Source of the DNA: the human T2T-CHM13v2.0 reference genome, Homo sapiens
Assembly (NCBI RefSeq): GCF_009914755.1
Contig: NC_060930.1
Length of the DNA: 64,000 bases
Strand: one strand, 5' to 3'
Under the pieces are notes generated by a model. That model was not told the DNA's origin. It saw nothing but the letters and a program-made list of their open reading frames with translations, and did no database searches. This document shows, piece by piece, positions 26,661-38,044 of the stretch. Position 1 is the first letter of the stretch. Each line of letters opens with the position of its first letter. The position numbers and the translations under genes were made by a program.

Positions 26661-27689
26661 TTGATTATTGATATAATTCTTAGTAGATGACATTAGAGGT
26701 AGGAAAATGGCTAACAGCCTTAGATCCACAATGATCTATTCTTTTGTGTCATTCATGCTCACTGTCACAGTATTTTTAAAGTCACTTTATTGTCAATCTT
26801 TAAGCTATTTTTGTCCTCTTCATTAACAAGATTTATATAATATACTAGGTATGAGTAATATGCACTAGAGACTTGATTAGCATATCAATATAAAATAATT
26901 TGTTTGTCTGACCGGTGAATACTGAATCCTGTTATGGATATGAGAAAATCTTTTTTTTTTTGCCTTTTCCAGTACAATACAAATTGAAATAAATTTCAAG
27001 TTGCTTGATCCTTGGCCACTGTTTTCTCAAGAGACTCATTGTCTTAATTAATATAACAGAATTTTATATAAATGTAATTTATTTATATAAACAATTCTGT
27101 ATATCTGTGACAGAAAAAGAAAATTTCAAAAATTATTTTTAAAAATCCAAAGGGAGCTGGAATTCACCCTTGTAATTTGTATTTATTACAAATGTTTGAT
27201 ACATTTAATTGTGTGGTTGCAATTATGAAATAGATCATTTATTAGAGCTGAAGTATTGCCCAGAAAATGTGAAGAGGGAGGAGAGGGACAAGAATGTTTT
27301 CAGTTTAATAAAGTTGACATCTGTACACTAAATAGAAGTGCTGTTATTGTCAGAGATTTTTTTTTCCCCATGCAGGAAATTGATGCCAAGTTCTTTAGCT
27401 TTACTATACTCACACTTATGGTTCTAATTGAAGAATGAATCAGGGTTGCAGTGTTCCTATTGGAAATATAAACTGAATAGACCTTCGGAGTAAAAGCTGA
27501 GCCAAAACAGTAAACCACTGATGTAGAATGTTTTGGCCATGTGGCTTTACTTTGTTTGCATAGCTGAGCAAAGTTCAAATACCTCACAATTATTTGCTCT
27601 AGTTATTTTTTTCATATTTGTAATATATATTATTATAATCTTGGCTATACTGGATTATTTTTAGTCTAGGATGATGCAGCTTACAGGCA

Positions 27690-29055
27690 TTTCCCAACTT
27701 TATTGAAAGATAATTCATATGCAATAAACTGCACATATTTAAATTGCACAATTTGATGAGTTTGGACATATGTAGACACCCATAAATGAACATCCAACAG
27801 GATAACAAACATTTCCATCACCCAAAATGTTTTCCCATGCTCTTTTGCAATCCATCCCTTCCTGCACCCCTGTCTCTGGGAAATGACTGGTTAGCTTGCA
27901 TTTTCTAGAATTTTATAAATGGAGCAATATATGCATATTTTGTCTTTTTCCACTCAGCATAATTATTTTGAGATTCATTCATTTGTTGTGTGTATCAATA
28001 TTTCATTCCTTTTTTAGCTGGGTAGCATTACATTGTTTAGACATATCATATTTTTTTCTTTTACTTTTGTGGACATTTTTTTAATCTAGTTTTTGGCTAT
28101 TAAGGATAAAGCTGCTATGAACATTCATGTACAAGTCGTTGTGTGTGGCCATATGTTTTCATTTCTTTCAGTAAATATCCAGGAAAGGAATGGTTGGGCC
28201 ATATGGTAGGTATATGTTTAGCTTTTTAAAAAATTGGCAAGCCATTTTGCAAAGTGGTTGTACCGTCTTATATTCCCACCAGCAGAATAGAATATGCGAG
28301 TTTCAGTCACTCCACGTGCTTGTCCTTTGCATTGTCAGTCTTTTAGTTTTAGGCATGTAATGGGGGTATTCATAATGAGGTTCTTTTCATGTGTTTATTC
28401 TTATATTTTCTCTGGGTAAGTTTTTTTTTCAAATCTTTTGCTTATTTAAAAATTGAGCTATTTGACTTATTATTGAATACAAGCATTCTTTATATGCGGT
28501 GTTGTAAATAGAGTCCTTTGTTTGAAGAATGTTTGGTAAATATTTTCTCCAAAACTGCAAGTTTGCTTTTGTATCTTGATGGTGTCAGTCATTCAAAGAT
28601 CAAGAGCTTTTAATTCTGATGAGGTTTTAATTTTTTCAAAACTTTGTAGAAATTGTGGATTTCGTGACCCAAGAAATATTTGCTCCACTCAAGGTCACAA
28701 CAATCTTATCCTATGTTTCTCCTAGAAGTTTCATACTATTAGGTTTAAGATTTAAGTCTATGATCTATTTTAATTCATTTTTATGCATTGTGGGAGATAA
28801 AGTTTAATGTTCACTTTTTAAAATATATAGATTATCCAGTTGTTCCAACACCATTTAATAAAAAGACTCTTCTCATTGCCTTGAAACCTTTAACAATAAT
28901 TAATTACATATATATACATTAAATATATATTTAAATACATTATGCATTATATATATGTGTGTGTATTTATATACTATCTATTGCATTTGATTGTCTCTGT
29001 GTTTTTCTGTTGGCTAATTCCAATCTAACTTGGTTACTGTAGCTTTATAAAAAAT
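27690..29055 (-). mobile_element. L1MB/L1ME-type 3' end (host element; continues at about 31172-33350 and 38045-40015)
   Basis: CTTTATTGAAAGATAATTCATATGCAATAAACTGCACATATTTAAA...AAAGCTGCTATGAACATTCATGTACAAGT. Confidence 0.85.
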
Positions 29056-29170
29056 TTTTACAAAATATATTTTTTGGAGCAGTTTTAGATTAGATTAGAT
29101 TCATAACAAAACTGAATAGGAGGTACTGAGATTTTCTATGTACTCCCACCCCAAACATGCATAACCTCCC

Positions 29171-29875
29171 TGTTATTGAATGAATGTTTGTGTTCCCATA
29201 AAATTCAGATGTTGAAACCTAATCGCCAGTGTGGTAGTATTTGGAGATGGGGCCTTTGAGAGGTGATTAGGTCATCATGAATAGGATTAGTGTCCTTATA
29301 AAAAAGACTCCAGAGGCCCTTACTTCTTTCCCCATGTGAGGACACAGAGAAAAGACAACCATAGATGTGTTAGTTCATTTTCACGCTGCTGATAAAGACA
29401 CGCGAGTCTGGGAAGAAAAATAGGTTTAATGGACTTACAGTTCCACATGGCTGGGGAGGCCTCACAATCATGGCAGAAGGCAAGCAGGAGCAAGTCACAA
29501 CTTACATGGATGGCAGCAGGCAAAGAGAAGAGCTTGTGCAGGGAAACTCCAGTTTTTAAAACCATCAGATCTTGTGAGATTTATTCACTATCATGAGAAC
29601 AGCATGGGAAAGACCCACCCCCACGATTCAATTACCTGAGGTTCCTCCCATGACACGTGGGAATTGTGGGAGTTACAATTCAAGATGAGACTTGGGTGGG
29701 TTCACTGCCAAACCATGTCAAAAGATGAACCAGGAAGTGAGTCCTCACAAGACAACTAATCTGCTTGTGCCTTTATCTTGGACTTCCTCACCCCCAGAAC
29801 TGTAAGAAATAAATTTCTGTTGTGCATAAGCCACCTAGTCTATAGTAGTCTGTTACAGCAGCCTGAACTAAGACA
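29171..29875 (+). mobile_element. MLT1A-like solo LTR, split by THE1
   Basis: TGTTATTGAATGAATGTTTGTG start, ACAGCAGCCTGAACTAAGACA end; TSD CTCCC/CACCC. Confidence 0.9.
29366..29720 (-). mobile_element. THE1A/B solo LTR
   Basis: TGTGTTAGTTCATTTTCACGCTGCTGATAAAGACA...GCCAAACCATGTCA; TSD ATAGA/AAAGA. Confidence 0.93.
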
Positions 29876-30191
29876 CACCCTCATTATTAATATCCCCTAC
29901 CAGAGTTGTACATTTGTTACAATTAATGAATCTACACTGACATGTCATTATCAACCAGAGGCCATAGGTTACCTTAGGATTCTCTCTTGGTGTTGGACGT
30001 TCTACAGGTTTGGAAAAATATATAATGACATATATTCACATATCATACAGAGTAGTTTCACTGCCATAAAATCCTGTGTGCTCTACCTATTAATCTCTCC
30101 TTTCACCCCAACCCCTATGTTTTTTTTTTACTGTATTTATAGTTTGCCTTTTTTAGAATGCCATGCAGTATGTAGACTTCAGATTGACTTT

Positions 30192-30535
30192 TGCTATGGT
30201 TTGAATGTTTGTCCCTTTCAAAACTCATGTTAAAATGTAATTGGCATTGTAATAGCATTAAGATGTAGGACCTTTATGAGGTGATTAGGTCATCAGGGTT
30301 CCACCTTTATGGATGGGATTGGTGCTGTTATAAAATGCCAAGCTCAGCCCTGTCTTGCTCTCTTGACCACTTGCCCTCCACCATGTAATGACACAGCAAG
30401 AAGGCCCTTATAAGACACTGGCACCTTGCTAATGGACTTTCCAGCCTCTAGAACTGTGAGTCAACAAATTTCTGTTCATTGTAAATTACCCAGTCACAGG
30501 TATTCAGTTATAACAGCACAAAATGGGCTAATATA
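30192..30535 (+). mobile_element. MSTC/MSTD-like solo LTR
   Basis: TGCTATGGTTTGAATGTTTGTCCC...AAAACTCATGTT; ACACAGCAAGAAGGCCCT; AAATTACCCAGTC. Confidence 0.88.
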
Positions 30536-31171
30536 GTGTCTTTCATTTATTAATATGCACTTAATTTCCTTCATGTGTTTTCATAGCTTAATAGCTCATT
30601 TCTTGTTAGTGCAGAGCAATATTCCATTGTCTGGATCTTCCACAGTTTATTTATCCATTCACCTATTGAAGGACATCTTGATTGCTTCCAAGTTTTGGCA
30701 ATTATGAACAAAGTGGCTATAAACATCTTGTGTGCAGGTTTTTATGTGGACACAAAATATCAACCCCTTTATGTAAATATCAAGAAGTGTGATTGCTGGA
30801 TCATATAGTAGGAGTATGTTTAGTTTTATATGAAATTGCCAAACTGACTTCCAAAGTGACTATATCATTTTGCATTCCCACAAGCAATGAATGAGAGTTC
30901 CTGTTGCTTTACATCCTCACCAGCATTTGGTGATGTCAGAGTTCTTAATTTTGGCTATTATAATAGATGTGTAGTGGTATCTCATTGTTTACTTTGCATT
31001 TTCCTGATGACATCTGTTGTGAACCATCTTTTCATATGCTTATTTGCTAACTGCATATCTTCTTTGGTGAGGTGTCTGTTCAGATCTTTGGCCCATTTTT
31101 CAATTGGGTTCTTTGTGTTCTTATTGTTAAGTTTTAAGCATTCTTTGTGTATTTTGAATTTAAACACTTTT

Positions 31172-33350
31172 TCATCAGGTAAGTCTTGCAAATTTGTTCT
31201 TTTAAATAATTTCTTAGGCTATTCTATATTCTTTTACTTTTATATATATTTTTAAATAGCTAGATAATTTCTACCAAAAAAGCTTTGATTGAAATTGTGT
31301 TAAATTCATATATCAATTTAGTTATAACCAGTATCTTAATGATATTGGCTTTTCTAATCCATGAATATGTTATAACTTTCTACTTACTTAGGTCTTTAAG
31401 TGCTTTATAGATTAATTGAGATTTTGAAAAATAGAAACAGTTTTATTTCTTTTTCTATGATCTTTATGACTTACACATCTGGTTTTTTTTCTTTTTTTGC
31501 CTTACTGCAATGGCTGATACTTCAATTATAATGTTAAGTAGAAGTGGTGAAAGGGAGCATTCTTGCTTTGTTAATGATTTTCGAAAAAAGAGTTCAATAC
31601 TTTTGCCATTTGATGTTAGCTGTTTTTTTAATTGGATTGAGGAAGTACCTTCCTATTCTTAGTTTGCTAAAAATGTAAATGTGAATATGTGCTGGATTCT
31701 GCCAACTGCTTTTTCTGCATCTACTGGAGTGATGTTACAAATTTTCTTCTTCATTATTTTAATATGTTAAATTACATTGTTTGAGTTTTAAAAAATGTTC
31801 AACCAATCTGCTTTTCTGGGATAAAACTTACTTGGCAATAATGTTTATTTATATACATTGTTGGATTCCATTTGCTAGTATTTCTCAAGAAGTTTTTATA
31901 TGTATGTTCATGAAGGATATTTGATTTGGTTTATACTCAGAAAATGAGTTGTAAGTCCTTCTACCTTTTCATTTTTCCGAAGACATTTCTGTAGGATTGA
32001 TTTTATTTTTTTCCTGAATATCTAATAGGATTCATCTGTAAAATGATTCATGCTTGATTTTCTTTTGCTGTTGTTAAAATTTCAAATATACAATAACAAA
32101 TTCAATTTCTTTAATTTATATAGGAATATCCAAAATTTCTGCTCTATTTTTTATTATTTTAAAATGGTATTTTTAAAGGCATTTTTCATTTCATGTAAGT
32201 TTGCTAAATTTATTGACCTTTTCCCAAAATATTCTTATTTTCCTTTTAATATCTGTAAGATTTGTGTTGATTATCCCATTTTCATTTCTGATATTAGTGA
32301 TTTGTGTTTTTTTTTCTTCTTTTATTGATCAGTCTAGGGGTTGTCAGTTTTGTGGATCTGTTGATAAACTACTTTTTTCTTGGTTCATTTCCTCTGTTGC
32401 CTTTTTTATTGTGTTGATGTCTAGTCTTACATTTATTATTTTATTCTTTCTACTTCTTTTGACTTGTTCTTATTTTTCTAAACTTTTTGTTAGAACTTTA
32501 AGTCTTTGAGTTTAGATCTTTTTTTATTCTAATGAAAACATTTAAAACAGTAAGTTTCTCTCTAAATATTATTTTGTTGCATCCCACATATTTTGATATA
32601 CTATATTTTTGTTATTTAGTTCAACATACATTAAAATTTCATTTGTGATTTGTTTCTTCAAACATGAGTTATTTAGAAGCATTTTAGCCTACTAAATATT
32701 TGGGGTTTTCCAAGGTATCTTTCTGTTATTAATTTCTAATTTAATTCCATGTGTCCAGGGGATATCCAGTATATTATGTCAATTTTTAAAAAGTTTTCAG
32801 AATTTTTTTATAGTCATTCTTGGTAAATGTGTCATGTGCACTTGAAAAGGTTGTATTTTCTATAGATTTTTGGATAAATTGTTCTATAAATGTCAATTAG
32901 ATCAAGGTGATTGATATGATTATTTAAATCTTCTATGTATTTCCTGATTTTTCCTCTGTAAATATTTCATCTATTGCTGAAAGAGGGATGCTAAAATCTC
33001 CTACTGTGATTGTGGAATTGTCTCATTTTTGTTTCTTTTATTTTTCCAATTTATCCTGCCTTCATATTGATTATTCGTTGTTAGATACATACATATTCAT
33101 GGTTATTGTGTCATCCTGATGGATTCTCTTCATTTATCATTATAAAATGTCTATCTTTATAACAGGAAATACTCTGTCTTAAAGTCTACTTTATCTACTA
33201 TAAACACTGCTCCTCCAATCTTCATTTGCTTAAAATTTTCATTGTTCCATCCATTTTCTTTCCCAAAATCTGTTTATATATTTAAAACGCCTCTGTCCTA
33301 GGCAGCATTTTATGATTGTTTTGCTTTTTTATCCGTTCTGACATTCTTTA
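31172..33350 (-). mobile_element. Host L1M ORF2 (degraded), continuation
   Basis: AATGTTAAGTAGAAGTGGTGAAAGGGAGCATTCTTG, CTTTTTCTGCATCTA and GTGCACTTGAAAAG in antisense ORF2 order. Confidence 0.8.
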
Positions 33351-33369
33351 ATTTTTTTCAATTTTTTTC

Positions 33370-36300
33370 TTTTCTTATTTATTTATTTATGTTTGTAAAT
33401 GATTAAGCTCTTTAGTGGTGATTTCTGAGTTTTTGGTGCACCCATCACCCAAGCAGTGTACACTGTACCCAGTATATAGTCTTTTATCCCTTACCCCCCT
33501 GCCACCCTTTTCCCTGAGTTCTCAAAGTCCATTGTATTGTTCTTATGCCTTTGCATCTTCATAGCTTAGCTTCCACTTATGAGTGAGAACACATGATGTT
33601 TGTTTTTCCAATCCTGAGTTGCTTCACTTAGAATAATGGTCTCCAATTCCATCTAGGTTGCTGCAAATGCCATTATTTCATTCCTTTTTATGGCAGAGTA
33701 GTATTCCATGGTGTGTATGTATATATATAAAGCCACATTTTCTTTATCCACTCATTGATTGATGGGCATCTGGGCTGGTTCCATATTTTTGCAATTGCGA
33801 TTTTGCTGCTATAAACATGTGTGTGAAATTATCTTTTTCATACAATGACTTATTTTCCTCTGGGTAGATACCCAGGAGTGGCATTGCTGGACAAAATGGT
33901 AGATCTACTTTTAGTTCTTTAAGGAATCTCCACACCATTTTCCATATTGGTTGTACTAGTTTACATTCCCACCAACAGTGTAAAAGTATTGCTTTTTCAC
34001 CACATCCACACCAACATCTTTTTTTAAAATTTTTGATTATCGACATTCTTGTAGGAGTAAGGTGGTATCATATTGTGGTTTTGATTTGCATTTCCCTGAT
34101 AATTAGTGATGTTGAGCATTTTTTCATATGTTTGTTGGCCATTTGTATATCTTCTTTTTGGAATTGTCTATTCATGTCCTTAGTCCAATTTTTTGATGGA
34201 ATTTTTTTTTCTTGGTGATTTGTTTGACTTCCTTGTACATTCTGGATATTAGTTCCTTGTTGGAAGTATAGACTACAAAGATTTTCTCCCACTCTGTGGG
34301 TTTTCTGTTTCCTCTGCTGATTATTTCTTTTGGTGTGCAGAAACGTTTTAGTTTGAGTCCCATCTATTCATCTTTGTTTTTATTGCATTTACTTTTGGTT
34401 TCTTCGTCATGAAGTCTTTGCCTAAGCCAGCATCTAGACGTGTTTTTCCAATGTTATCTTCTAGAGTTTTTATGGTTTTAGGTCTTAGATTTAAGTCTTT
34501 GATCCATTGTGAATTAATTTTTGTATAAGGTAAGAGATGAGGATCCAGTTTCATTCTTCTACATGTGGCTTCCCAATTATCTCAGCATCATTTGTTGAAT
34601 AGGGTGTCCTTTCCCCACTTTATGTTTTTGTTTACTTTGTCAAAGATCAGTTGGCTGTAAGTACTTGGCCTTATTTCTGAGTTCTTGATTCTGTTCCATT
34701 GGTTTACATGCCTATATTTATACCAATACCATGCTGTTTTGGTGACTTTGGCCTTGTAGTATAGTTTGAGGTCTGGTAATGTGATACTTCCAGATTTGTT
34801 CTTTTTGCTTAGTCTTACTTTGACTATGCAGGCTCTTTTTTGGTTCCATATGAATTTTAGAATTGTTTTTTCTAGTTCTGTGAAGAATGATGTTAGTATT
34901 TTGATGGAAATTGCATTGATTTTGTAGATTGCTTTTGGGAGTATGGTCATTTTTACAATATTGCTTCTAGCCATCCACGAGCAAGGAATGTGTTTCCATT
35001 TGTTTGTGTCATCTATGATTTATTTCTGCAGTGCTTTGTAGTTTTCTTTGTAGAAGTCTTTTACTTTCTTGGTTAGGTATATTCCTAAGTATTTTAGTTT
35101 TTTGCAGATACTGTATAAGGTGTTGAGTTCTTGATTTGATTCTCAGCTTTGTTGCTGTTGGTGTATAGCAGAGCTACTGATTTTTGTACATTAATTTTGT
35201 ATCCTGAAACTTTGCTGAACTCATTTACCAGTTCTAGGTGCTTTTTGGATGAATCTTTAGGGTTTTCTAGGTATACAATCATGTCATCAACAAACAGTGA
35301 CAGTTTGACTTCCTCTTTACCAATTTGTATGCCCTTTATTTCTTTCTCTTGTCTGATTGTTCTGGCTAGGACTTCCAGTATTATGTTGAACAGAAGTGGT
35401 GAGAGTGGTCATCCTTGTCTTGTTCCAGTTCTCAGGGGAAATGCTTTTAATTTTTTCCTGTTCAGTATGATGTTGGCTGTGGGTTTACCATAGATGGCTT
35501 GTATTACCTTAAGGTAAGTGCCTTCTATGCCTATTTTGCTGAAGGTTTTAATCATAAAGTCTTGCTGGATTTTGTCAAATGCTTTTTCTGCCTCTATTGA
35601 GATGATCATGTAATTTTTGTTTTTAATTCTGTTTATGTGGTGTAACACATTTATTGACTTGGATATGTTAAACCATCCCTGCATCCTTGGTATAAAACCC
35701 ACTTGATCATGGTGGATTATCTTATCCATATGCTGTTGGGTTCAGTGAGCTAGTATTTTGTTGAGGACGTTTTCATCAGGGATATTGGTCTGTAGTTTCA
35801 TTTTTTTTTTGTTATGTCCTTTTCTAGAGTTGGTATTAGGGTAATACTGGCTTCATATAATGATTTAGGGAGGACTCCCTCTTTCTCTATCTTTTGGAAT
35901 AGGATTGGTACCAATTCTTCTTTGAATATCTGATAGAATTCAGCTGTGAATCTGTCAGGTCCTGGACTTTTTTTTGTTGGTAACCTTTTAATGACCATTT
36001 CGATCTCACTGCTTGTTATTGGTCTGTTCAGAGTTTCTATTTCTTCCTGTTTTAATCTAGGAAGGTTGTATATTTCCAGGAATTTATCTGTCTCCTTTAG
36101 TTTTTCTAGTTTATGTGCACAAAGGTGATCATTTTAGCCTTGAATGATCTTTTGTATTTCTGTAGTATTGGTTGTAATCTCTGTCATTTCATTTCTAATT
36201 GAGCTTATTTGGATCTTCTCTCTTCTTTTCTTGGTTATTCTTGCTAATGGTCTATTAATTTTATTTATCTTTTAAAAAACCCAGGTTTTATTTCATTGGT

Positions 36301-38040
36301 ATTTTGTATTTTTTTGTTTCAATTTCATTTAGTTCTGCTCTGATCTTGGTTATTTCTTTTCTTCTGCTGGGTTTGTGTTTGTTTTGTTCTTGTTTCTCTA
36401 GTTCCTTGAGGTGTGATCTTAGATTGATATATTTAAGAGTATGAGCTTTCTTCTTAACACAGCTTTTGCTGTATCTCAGAGGCTTGATAGGTTGTGTCAC
36501 TATTTCATTCAGTTCAAAGAATTTTTAAATTTTCATCTTGATTCCATTGTTGACCCAATGATCATTCAAAAGAAAGTTATTTAATTTTCATGTATTTGCA
36601 TGGTTTTGAGGGTTTGTTTTGGAGATAATTTCCAATTTTATTCTGCTTTGGTTTGAGAAGATTACTTGATATAATTTCAATTTTCTTAAATTTGTTGAGA
36701 CTTGTTTTGTAGCCTATCATATGTTTTGTAGTCTACCATATAGCCTATCATATGGTCTATCTATTCATCATGTGCTGGTGAATAGAATGTACATTCTGCA
36801 GTTGTTGGGTAGAATGTTCTGTAAACATCTGCTAAGTCCATTTGTTGTAGGGTATAGTTTATGTCCATTGTTTCTTTGTTGACTTTCTGTCTTCATGTCC
36901 TGTTTAGTGCTGTCAGTGGAGTATTGAAGTCTCTGGCTATTAATATGTTGCTGTCTATCTCCTTTCTTAGGTCTAGTAGTAATTGCTTTATAAATTTGGG
37001 AGCTCCAGTGTTAGGTGCGTATATATATTTAAGACTGTGATGTGTTCCTGTTGGGCTAGTCCTTTTATCATTATATAATGTCATGTCCCTCTATGACTTT
37101 TAAAACTATTGCTTTAAGGTTTGTTTTGTCTGATATAAGAATAGCTACTTATGATCACTTTTGATGTCCATTTGCTTAGAATATCTTTTTCAACCCCTTT
37201 ACCTTAAGTTTATGTGAGTCCTTGTGTGTCAGGTGAGTCTCTTGAAGACTGCAGATACTTGGTTGATGAATTCTTATCCATTCTGCCATGCTGTATCTTT
37301 TAAGTGGAGCATTTAGACCATTTACATTCAGTATTAGTATTGAGATATGAGGCACTATTCTATTCCTTGTGCTATTTGCTGCCTGAATACCTTGTGGTTG
37401 TTGTTTTTCCTTGTGTTATTGTTTTATAGGTCCTGTGAGATTTATGCTTTAAAGTGATTCTATTTTGGTGTATTTTGAGGATATGTTTCAAGATTCAGAG
37501 CTCCTCTTAGCAGTTCTTACAGTGCTGGCTTGGTAGTGGTGAATTTTCTCAGCATTTGTTTGTCTGAAAAAGTCTGTAACTTTCCTTCATTTATGAGGCT
37601 TAGCTTCACTGGATACAAAACTCTTGGCTGATAATTGTTTTGTTTAAGAAAGTTAAAGATAGGACCCGAATCCCTTCTAGCTTGTAGGGTTTCTGCTGAG
37701 AAATCTGATAGGTTTTCCTCTATGGTTTATCTGATGCTTTTGTCTCACAGCTATTAAGATTCATTCTTTTTTCTTGACTTTAGATAATCTGATGGCTATG
37801 TACTGAGGTGACGATTTTTTGTGATGAATTTCCCAGATGTTCTTTGAGTTTCTTGCATTTGGATGTCTAGATCTCTAGCAAGGCTGGGGAAATTTTCCTT
37901 GATTATTCCATCAAACATGCTTTCCAAACATTTGGATTTCTCTTTTTCCTTGGAACACCAATTATTCTTAGGTTTGGTTGTTTAACATAATTCAAAACTT
38001 CTTGGACGCTTTGTGCATTTTTTTAAAATTCCTTTTTCTT
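33370..38040 (-). mobile_element. L1PB1-like LINE-1, 5'-truncated within ORF1 (about 4.7 kb)
   Basis: 3'UTR TTCTTATGCCTTTGCATCTTCATAGCTTAGCTTCCACTTATGAGTGAGAAC; many collinear minus-strand ORF2 peptides. Confidence 0.93.
33744..37290 (-). pseudogene. Disrupted L1 ORF2 (endonuclease/reverse transcriptase)
   Basis: IYAPNTGAPKFIKQ..DFNTPL (EN), [40 protein letters not shown] (35283-35294), [11 protein letters not shown]; many stops and frameshifts. Confidence 0.92.
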
Positions 38041-38044
38041 TCAC

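Larger units (their letters stand above)
29055..31165 (-). mobile_element. L1MC1/2-like 3' fragment, interrupted by MLT1A(+THE1) and MSTC
   Basis: GAGCAGTTTTAGATT...; CAGAGTTGTACATTTGTTACAATTAATGAATCTACACTGACA; ORF 30982..31191(-) is L1 ORF2 C-terminal ([24 protein letters not shown]). Confidence 0.85.

Noticed and set aside
29778-30233. 151-aa ORF
   Set aside because: Crosses MLT1A, L1MC and MSTC junctions; chance open frame
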